Assembly: GCA_934757865.1 (NCBI GenBank)
Contig: CAKVLS010000001.1
Coordinates: 4,027-68,026 of the forward strand
DNA from: an uncultured Clostridia bacterium
Lineage (GTDB): Bacteria > Bacillota > Clostridia > Christensenellales > UBA1242
Direction: 5' to 3'
Length of the DNA: 64,000 bases
Shown here: in pieces, positions 57,414 to 64,000 of the stretch
Numbering within the stretch: the stretch's first letter is position 1
Layout of the letters: each line of letters starts with the position of its first letter
Position numbers and translations under genes: made by a program
The notes under the pieces: model-generated
The model's input: only the letters and a program-made list of their open reading frames with translations
The model's database searches: none
What the model was told of the DNA's origin: nothing

Positions 57414-58364
57414 ATTAGACTAAAAGTTATATTCTCAATAATAGCCTCAGTTTTGGTTGGACTATATATTTTTGCTTTTCCTATTATAGTTTCGAGACTC
57501 AAAAAGCAAAACCCCATAGACAATATATACGGCACTCACTCATCGCCCGTTGTCCTTGATTTGTGGCATGTAGAAACTTTTGAGGGCGGAACTACTAGCC
57601 GAAAAAGTTTTTTGGAAGATTGCGTCAAGAGTTTCACTAGACAAAATAGCGGAGTGTATATCTCAGTTACCGTTATGACAAGAGAGCAATACAACCTAAA
57701 TATTAAGGGTAGCTCGCCAGATATTGTGTCTTTTAGTGATGGAAATATTAGAAGCAGTCTTGTTGACCTTGCTAGAATAGATAGAGTAGTTAAATATATA
57801 GATGACCTAAAATATGACGGCGACATAGTGTGCTATCCGTATATGCTAGGTAGATATGCTATTATAAGTAGAGAAGAGATAAGTGGAGACTTGCCTAATG
57901 AGATTATCAAACAAAAGAAGCGTACAATATATCCTTTTGGCTACTCAAAAGATGTAAATGGACATATGTACCTAGAAGAAAATGGCTATACATTGCCAAG
58001 TAATAGCAAAGTCTATAATACTCAGTATGAATTATATACGGCTTTTTTGAAAGGCGAAGTTACGGCTATGCTTGGCTCTCAAAGAGATGTTCATAGACTC
58101 AAATCTCGTGAAGAAAAAGGCACAATAGACGCCTTACATTATATTTATCTAGGCGGGACTACCGACCTTGTCCAATATATAGGTGTGACAAAAAGCAGTA
58201 AGGATATAGATGGCGCAAAGATATTTTGCCAGTACCTTGTAGAGAAATGTGACGAAAAAGTCAAAAAATGTGGTATGTTTTCGCCATTTGAATGTATTTA
58301 TGAGGACTCATATATGCAAGAGTGGGAAAAGCAAATTAAATATACAAGGTTAGGTAATGTATGA
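57399..58364 (+). CDS. hypothetical membrane-anchored protein (N-terminal TM; weak solute-binding-protein-like N-terminal pattern)
   Basis: 321-codon ORF with one N-terminal hydrophobic helix. ...VVLDLWHVETFEGG...PDIVSFSDG... is reminiscent of family-1 SBPs. Its stop overlaps the murB start (ATGA). No SD. Confidence 0.65.
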   Translation: MQKFFIRLKVIFSIIASVLVGLYIFAFPIIVSRLKKQNPIDNIYGTHSSPVVLDLWHVETFEGGTTSRKSFLEDCVKSFTRQNSGVYISVTVMTREQYNLNIKGSSPDIVSFSDGNIRSSLVDLARIDRVVKYIDDLKYDGDIVCYPYMLGRYAIISREEISGDLPNEIIKQKKRTIYPFGYSKDVNGHMYLEENGYTLPSNSKVYNTQYELYTAFLKGEVTAMLGSQRDVHRLKSREEKGTIDALHYIYLGGTTDLVQYIGVTKSSKDIDGAKIFCQYLVEKCDEKVKKCGMFSPFECIYEDSYMQEWEKQIKYTRLGNV

Positions 58365-59293
58365 AAAAATTTGTAAAACAATTTTGTAAAGAGGCAAAAG
58401 AAAGTACCCTTACGCTTAATAAAAGTCTAAAAAATCTCAACACCTTCAAGATAGATTGCACAGCGAGCGTATATATTGAGATAGGTAGTTTTAGAGACCT
58501 TATGATAATGACTAGACTTGCTAAACTATATAATATAGAGTGTTTTTGTTTAGGTGGCGGGAGTAAAGTGCTTTTGCCTAATAAGTTAAAGTGCGTTGTA
58601 TATACTCTAAGAGGTAAGTTTGAGAGTATAGAGAGATTAGATAACTTACTTATAGTTGGTGGCGGAACAAAAATGCAGACACTTTGCGACTATACAGCAA
58701 GAAATAACTTATTATGCGTAGAGTGGGGTCTTGGTATCCCATGTAGAGTTGCCGGCGGAGTGTATATGAATGCCGGCTGCTTTGGTAAGTCGTTTAGTGA
58801 TATTGTCGTCAAAGTCATCTACACTGACGGCGAAAAAATTATGTCAAAAGAGTCTAAAGATTGCGAGTTTGGATATAGAAAGAGCTTTTTTAGTGGCAAA
58901 AGTTATACGATTTTGTATGTAATATTAAGGACAAGCCCGGGCGAAAATGTTAGGGAGTCTATGATAGATATGTTTAGATGTAAGACAAGCAAACAGCCGT
59001 ATAACTTAGGCTCTTGCGGAAGTATTTTCAAAAAAAGCGTACTTCCGGCGCCACTTTTTATAGAGAGTGCGGGGCTTAAAGGCTTGAGAGTAGGGGATGC
59101 TGAGGTGTCTACCAAACATTGCGGATTTGTCGTTAACAAAAAAAATTGCACTCAAAGGCAAGTTTTGAAAATAATTTATAAAATAAAAAGGACAGTTTGG
59201 AAAAAACATGCTATACTATTACATAATGAAGTAATAGTGCTAGGAGGAAGAAATGGCATATTTAGGAGATTATCACACACACACCGTTTATAG
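58361..59293 (+). CDS. murB: UDP-N-acetylenolpyruvoylglucosamine reductase
   Basis: FAD-binding N-domain, ...GIPCRVAGGVYMNAG..., ...FGYRKS..., ...GSCGSIFKK..., ...ESAGLKGLRVGDAEVSTKHCGFVVN.... Confidence 0.9.
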   Translation: MKKFVKQFCKEAKESTLTLNKSLKNLNTFKIDCTASVYIEIGSFRDLMIMTRLAKLYNIECFCLGGGSKVLLPNKLKCVVYTLRGKFESIERLDNLLIVGGGTKMQTLCDYTARNNLLCVEWGLGIPCRVAGGVYMNAGCFGKSFSDIVVKVIYTDGEKIMSKESKDCEFGYRKSFFSGKSYTILYVILRTSPGENVRESMIDMFRCKTSKQPYNLGSCGSIFKKSVLPAPLFIESAGLKGLRVGDAEVSTKHCGFVVNKKNCTQRQVLKIIYKIKRTVWKKHAILLHNEVIVLGGRNGIFRRLSHTHRL

Positions 59294-60038
59294 CAAAAAA
59301 AAGTGGCTCCCATATAAGCATGGCAAAAACACCGTAGAAGAAAATGTCGAGAGAGCATCAGAGCTAGGACTAAAAGAAATTGCAATAACAGACCATGGCT
59401 TTGCTCACAAGACTTATGGTACTAATATAAAAAATATCATGGCAATCAACGCCCAAAAGCCAGAACTAGAAAAGAAATATAAAATCAATGTTTTGACTGG
59501 CGTTGAAGCTAACATTATATCTCGTGACGGAGATATAGACATTAGCCTTGATGAGATAAAAAATCTTGACATCTTAGTATGTGGATTTCACACAATGGCA
59601 AGAGGCAAGACTTTTAAGGATAGATGGCTTATGTTTACTTGCAATAGTTTTGCTAAACTATTCCATGTAAGAAGCAAAAAGAATATTGAACGTAACACTA
59701 ACGCATATATCAAGATGCTTAACAAGTATCCTATAGATATTATAGCTCATATCAATCACGGCATCGCCAAAGTTGACGCCCTAAGAGTAGCAGAAGAAGC
59801 TGTTAAGACCAATACTTATGTAGAGCTTAACTGCAAGCGTATCAACTTCACAGGGGACGAGATTAAGAAGATGGTAGAGATGGGCGTTATGTTTATAGTA
59901 GATTCTGACGCACACTCTGTCGACAGAATTGCAGATTTTAATCTTGCGAGAAAGGTTATAAAAGAGTATAATATACCAGAAAAAAATATTGCCAACCTAA
60001 ACAAGTTGCCAGTATTCAAAAATTACAAAAGGAAGTAG
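59253..60038 (+). CDS. PHP-domain metal-dependent phosphoesterase
   Basis: N-terminal GDYHTHT..., ...IAITDHG..., ...GVEANI..., ...AHINH..., ...DSDAH... His/Asp ligand pattern of PHP/histidinol-phosphatase-type folds. AGGAGG SD. It overlaps the murB 3' end by 41 nt. Confidence 0.8.
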   Translation: MAYLGDYHTHTVYSKKKWLPYKHGKNTVEENVERASELGLKEIAITDHGFAHKTYGTNIKNIMAINAQKPELEKKYKINVLTGVEANIISRDGDIDISLDEIKNLDILVCGFHTMARGKTFKDRWLMFTCNSFAKLFHVRSKKNIERNTNAYIKMLNKYPIDIIAHINHGIAKVDALRVAEEAVKTNTYVELNCKRINFTGDEIKKMVEMGVMFIVDSDAHSVDRIADFNLARKVIKEYNIPEKNIANLNKLPVFKNYKRK

Positions 60039-60041
60039 TCA

Positions 60042-61061
60042 ATGTCATTTGCATACGAAGCAAAACAAGAGGTCTTAGCTGCTCCTTGCGAAAATGAGTG
60101 TTGCAAACTTGCAGAGCTATCTGCGATTATTCACTCATGTGGCGAGCTAGGAATAAAAAATGGTCAAATGTACATACAAGTGCGTACCGACCTAAAAGAA
60201 CTTTTTAATATAATATATGACGGAATATTGAGATTATATGGCGTCAAACTAGAACTTAGAGTGGACCCAAACAAGAGTATTAACAAAGCTACTAAGTATT
60301 TAATTGACTTTCCTGTGGAGATATCTAGACAGGTTATGTTTGATTGTGGCCTCGCTAAACTTGACACAGAGGGCAATTTTGAGCTTATAAGAGGCATAGA
60401 TGAGCATATTGTAGAGAGTCCATGCTGCGCTATTTCGTATATCAAAGGTATTTTCTTAACAAGTGCAACAACCAATATTATAATAGACGATAGCTTAGAT
60501 AAAGTAAGTCGTACATTTAGCGGCTACCACCTAGAATTTGTTTTTAGTAGTGAAGTTTTTGCGGACGACTTTTCAAGTCTTTTGTCTCAGCAGGGCATCA
60601 GCAGTAAAGTAACTATGAGAAAAAAAGTTTATGCTCTTTATATTAAAGAGGCTGAGCAAGTTAGTGATTTACTTGTCATTGTCGGCGCAGTTAAGAGTAT
60701 GTTAAAACTCCAAAACGAAATTTCGCTAAGACAAGTTAGAAACAATGTCAATATACAAAATAACTGCATCAACGCCAATATCACTAAGACTGTTAACGCA
60801 AGCCTTAACCAAATACAAGCGATAGAAAAATTAAAGGCAACTGGAAAGTTCGAGAGTTTAGATAAAGAGTTAAAAGAAATTTGCGAGTTAAGAGTAGAGC
60901 ACCCAGAAGATAGCCTTGATAGTTTAACTAAACTTGCTAGTTTCCCTATCACCAAGAGCGGTATCAATCATAAATTTAGAAAGGTCATTAGACTTGCTGG
61001 CAAGCTAAGTGACTTAGAAAATAAAGAACCTCAAGATGCTGAAAACAGCACTCAAGAATAA
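60042..61061 (+). CDS. whiA: DNA-binding protein WhiA
   Basis: MSFAYEAKQEVL....CCKLAELSAIIH..GEL... N-terminus, degenerate LAGLIDADG-like middle region, C-terminal HTH. Confidence 0.9.
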   Translation: MSFAYEAKQEVLAAPCENECCKLAELSAIIHSCGELGIKNGQMYIQVRTDLKELFNIIYDGILRLYGVKLELRVDPNKSINKATKYLIDFPVEISRQVMFDCGLAKLDTEGNFELIRGIDEHIVESPCCAISYIKGIFLTSATTNIIIDDSLDKVSRTFSGYHLEFVFSSEVFADDFSSLLSQQGISSKVTMRKKVYALYIKEAEQVSDLLVIVGAVKSMLKLQNEISLRQVRNNVNIQNNCINANITKTVNASLNQIQAIEKLKATGKFESLDKELKEICELRVEHPEDSLDSLTKLASFPITKSGINHKFRKVIRLAGKLSDLENKEPQDAENSTQE

Positions 61062-61081
61062 ATAATTAAAAGGATTAACAA

Positions 61082-64000
61082 ATGAAGGATTTTGTTCACT
61101 TACATGTGCATACAGAGTATAGTTTGCTAGATGGCTGCTGCCGTATAGGTAAGTATGTCGAAAAAGTCAAAGCTTGCGGCGGAAAGGCTGCTGCTATTAC
61201 TGACCATGGCAATATGGCAGGTGCATTGGCGTTTTATGCTGAGTGCTACAAAAATGGCATCAAACCTATTCTAGGCTGTGAGTTCTATGTATGTTTTGAC
61301 AGACACCAAAGAGCCGGAAAAGCAGATATGGGGCACCTTATTCTTCTTGCTAAGAATAACGAGGGTTATCACAATTTGCTTAAACTTAACGGCATAGCAG
61401 CAACAGAAGGCTTTTATTACAAGCCAAGAATTGACTATGAAGTGCTAAAAGAGCACTCAAAAGGTCTTATCTGTCTATCTGCATGTCTTGCTGGACATAT
61501 TCCACAATTTTTACTTCAACATAGATATGACGAGGCCAAAGACCTAGCTATCAAACTTAGAGATATGTTTGAGCCGGGAGACTTTTATATTGAGCTCCAA
61601 AATCACTATTTGCCAGAGCAATTAGAGATATTAGAGCCTCTTAACAAACTAGCCAAAGATATAGGCGTCAAGACAGTTGCGACCAATGACGCTCACTATA
61701 TCAACAAAGATGACGCCGAGATGCAAGATGTGCTTTTGTGCGTCCAAACTGGCAGATACCTTGACGAAACTAATAGAATGCACTTTGCTACTCAAGAATT
61801 TTATCTTAAGACTCGTGAGGAGATGGAAGAAGTACTTGGGGCATATCCTGAGGCTCTTGACACCACTAATGAGATTGCAGATAAGTGTTTTGTGACTATT
61901 AAGTCAAAAGCTCACGCAGACATACCAGGTATGCCAGAGGGCACAACACTTAGAGCTAACGAAAACTTTATCCCAAAATACGAACCTGCTGACGGCTCAA
62001 CTCCATATGAGTTTCTAGAAAGACTATGTGAAGAGGGCTTGAAGAAAAAATATAAAGTTATAACCCCAGAGATTAGAAAGAGAGCAGACGAAGAGCTTTC
62101 TATTATCAAAGAGCAAGGCTTCGTTGAGTACTTCCTTGTTGTTTGGGATTATATCAACTACGCTAGAGAAAATGGTATCCCAGTAGGACCAGGTAGAGGT
62201 AGTGGTGCGGGTAGTATTGTAGCTTACACATCAGGTATTACCAATGTTGACCCTATCAAGTATGATTTGCTTTTTGAGCGTTTTATTCATAGAGAAAGAG
62301 TTTCAATGCCCGACTTTGACGTAGACTTTTGTTACGATAGACGAAACGAAGTTATCGAATACGCTAAGCGTAAGTACCATCCAGAAAATGTATCATACAT
62401 AGGAACATTTGGTACTATGGCGGCAAAAAACGCCATAAGAGATGTTGGCAGAGTAATGAGACTCCCTCTACCTGATGTTAACAAAGTATGTAAGGAAATT
62501 CCTGCTAAACTTCCAGAAGGTATAAAAAAACCACCAGTTTTGAAATATTACTTTGGAACAACTGGCAAAGAAGAAAATGAAAAATATATTATTCCAGCCC
62601 TTCGCAAAATGTATGACGAAGACCCAGCTATTAAGAGAGTTATTGATATGTCTATCAAACTTGAAGGTATGCCAAGACAGACTTCTACACATGCGTGCGG
62701 AATACTTATTGCACCAGAGCCAGTAGACGAATATGTTCCACTAGCAAGAAATGGCGATGAAATAGCAACTCAATACAGTATGATAGAGCTTGAAGCTTTG
62801 GGACTTCTAAAAATGGACTTCTTGGGACTAAGAACTCTAACTGATATTGATAAAGCTCTTAAACTTATCAAAAAAGACTGGGGCAAAGATATAGACTTTT
62901 ATGATATGGAATACGATGACCAAAATGTTTACAACTTGATTGGTACAGGCAACACAGTTACTATATTCCAGCTCGAGAGTCCAGGTTTCCAGAGATTCAT
63001 GAAGAACCTAAAACCAACTTGCCTTGAAGATATCATAGCCGGTATATCACTATATAGACCGGGACCTATGCAATATATAGATGACTATGTAAGAAATAAG
63101 CATAACCCAGACAAGATTGTCTACGACCACGAGTGTCTAAAACCTATACTAGAATCAACTTATGGTATAATAGTTTACCAAGAGCAAGTTATGAAGATAG
63201 TTCAGGTTATGGCGGGCTATACCCTAGGACAAGCGGACAATGTTAGACGTATCATGGGTAAGAAAAAAGTCGAGAAGATGGCAGCCGAGAGAGAGAAGTT
63301 TATCAACGGCTGGAAAGACCCAGAAGGCAAAAAGTCAATACCGGGTGCTCTTGCACTAGGTATCCCTGAGGCAACCGCAAGAAAAGTCTTTGCCGATATG
63401 GAAAACTTTGCTAAATACGCCTTCAATAAATCACACGCTGCAGCATACGCATACCTTGCGTACCAAACAGCATATCTAAAATGTTATTACCCAAGAGAGT
63501 TTTTGGCGGCGGTTTTGAATAACCGTATAACTTCTGCGGACGAAATCAAAAAATATGTTATCTATGCTAAGAGTCAAAAGATTGAAGTCTTAAAGCCAGA
63601 TGTAAACAAGAGTGATACATACTTTAGTGTTGAGGGCGACAAACTAAGATTTGGACTAGCCGCACTAAAAAATGTTGGTATAAATGTTTGCGAGAGCATA
63701 GTTGCCGAGAGAGAAAAACACGGCGAGTACAAGAGTTTAGAAGATTTGATAGCTCGTACAGACCCAGCAGTTATTAACAAGCGTTGGGTTGAAGCTATGA
63801 TTTTGAGCGGAGCATTTGACTGCTTTGGAGTTCATAGATCACAGATGCGTAATGTATTTGAGCTTGTTATTGAGCGTAATGCTAAGGACAAGCGTGGATC
63901 TGCCGGCGGACAATTTTCAATGTTTGGAGATATGCTAGATGTTGGCTTTGATAAAGTCGAATACCCTAATATCAAAGAGTATGACGACCAGACAAAATTA
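61082..64000 (+). CDS. dnaE: DNA polymerase III subunit alpha, 3'-partial (runs off the window)
   Basis: Not in the ORF track because there is no stop in the window. Hand translation from ATG 61082 (AAAGGA SD) gives MKDFVHLHVHTEYSLLDG (PHP domain), ...GPGRGSGAGSIVAYTSGITNVDP..YDLLFERF...R.SMPDFDVDF... and ...STHACGILI.... The frame is open for all 973 codons to nt 64000. Confidence 0.93.
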   Translation, partial: MKDFVHLHVHTEYSLLDGCCRIGKYVEKVKACGGKAAAITDHGNMAGALAFYAECYKNGIKPILGCEFYVCFDRHQRAGKADMGHLILLAKNNEGYHNLLKLNGIAATEGFYYKPRIDYEVLKEHSKGLICLSACLAGHIPQFLLQHRYDEAKDLAIKLRDMFEPGDFYIELQNHYLPEQLEILEPLNKLAKDIGVKTVATNDAHYINKDDAEMQDVLLCVQTGRYLDETNRMHFATQEFYLKTREEMEEVLGAYPEALDTTNEIADKCFVTIKSKAHADIPGMPEGTTLRANENFIPKYEPADGSTPYEFLERLCEEGLKKKYKVITPEIRKRADEELSIIKEQGFVEYFLVVWDYINYARENGIPVGPGRGSGAGSIVAYTSGITNVDPIKYDLLFERFIHRERVSMPDFDVDFCYDRRNEVIEYAKRKYHPENVSYIGTFGTMAAKNAIRDVGRVMRLPLPDVNKVCKEIPAKLPEGIKKPPVLKYYFGTTGKEENEKYIIPALRKMYDEDPAIKRVIDMSIKLEGMPRQTSTHACGILIAPEPVDEYVPLARNGDEIATQYSMIELEALGLLKMDFLGLRTLTDIDKALKLIKKDWGKDIDFYDMEYDDQNVYNLIGTGNTVTIFQLESPGFQRFMKNLKPTCLEDIIAGISLYRPGPMQYIDDYVRNKHNPDKIVYDHECLKPILESTYGIIVYQEQVMKIVQVMAGYTLGQADNVRRIMGKKKVEKMAAEREKFINGWKDPEGKKSIPGALALGIPEATARKVFADMENFAKYAFNKSHAAAYAYLAYQTAYLKCYYPREFLAAVLNNRITSADEIKKYVIYAKSQKIEVLKPDVNKSDTYFSVEGDKLRFGLAALKNVGINVCESIVAEREKHGEYKSLEDLIARTDPAVINKRWVEAMILSGAFDCFGVHRSQMRNVFELVIERNAKDKRGSAGGQFSMFGDMLDVGFDKVEYPNIKEYDDQTKL

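Noticed and set aside
1-64000. Mollicutes/code-4 reading (UGA = Trp), suggested by low GC and a giant lipoprotein.
   Set aside because: All conserved genes read full-length with the standard code and use TGG for Trp. TGA functions as a stop, e.g. 58362-58364 in the ATGA overlap with murB. A peptidoglycan gene (murB) is present.
1-64000. tRNA, rRNA, transposase, integrase and prophage genes.
   Set aside because: I scanned all intergenic spacers (17417-18108, 34456-35154, 42504-44586, 47939-48078, 49282-49554, 51007-51181, 52534-53115). I found no tRNA-like T-arm/acceptor patterns, rRNA segments or mobile-element ORFs. This was by eye only; tRNAscan/Infernal would be decisive.

Overview
Low-GC (roughly mid-30s % by eye) Bacillota-type chromosome segment using the standard genetic code. 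TGA serves as a stop and murB is present, so it is not a Mollicute. About 53% of the window is two co-oriented giant genes. The first is a 5'-truncated ORF open from nt 2 to 17416, with 5,804 codons visible. The second is a complete 5,448-codon lipoprotein gene at 18109-34455. Both encode Ig-like domains followed by six reiterated cap/beta-helix modules built from GLUG-like GG[LIV][VIA]G coils, and each has its own terminator. No enzymatic, toxin or wall-anchor domain was recognised by eye. They sit directly upstream of rpoB-rpoC, where rplJ-rplL normally lies. After rpoC comes a 2.1-kb islet of three small orphan transcription units: a 46-aa ORF, an orphan HicB-like gene and a 185-aa unknown. 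Next is the Firmicutes-style L7Ae-rpsL-rpsG-fusA-tuf operon, followed by an AI-2E transporter. An acyltransferase-3 plus XRE pair then follows, bracketed by two near-identical 34-nt palindromic terminator hairpins. After that come an untracked 59-aa Cys-rich membrane micro-ORF divergent from an ArsR-GT4-methyltransferase unit, then uvrC, a membrane-anchored unknown, murB, a PHP phosphoesterase, whiA and the 5' 2.9 kb of dnaE. I found no rRNA, tRNA, CRISPR array, transposase or integrase. All family calls come from reading the translations; no HMM or BLAST search was run. Promoter, terminator and operator calls are motif- and hairpin-based predictions.
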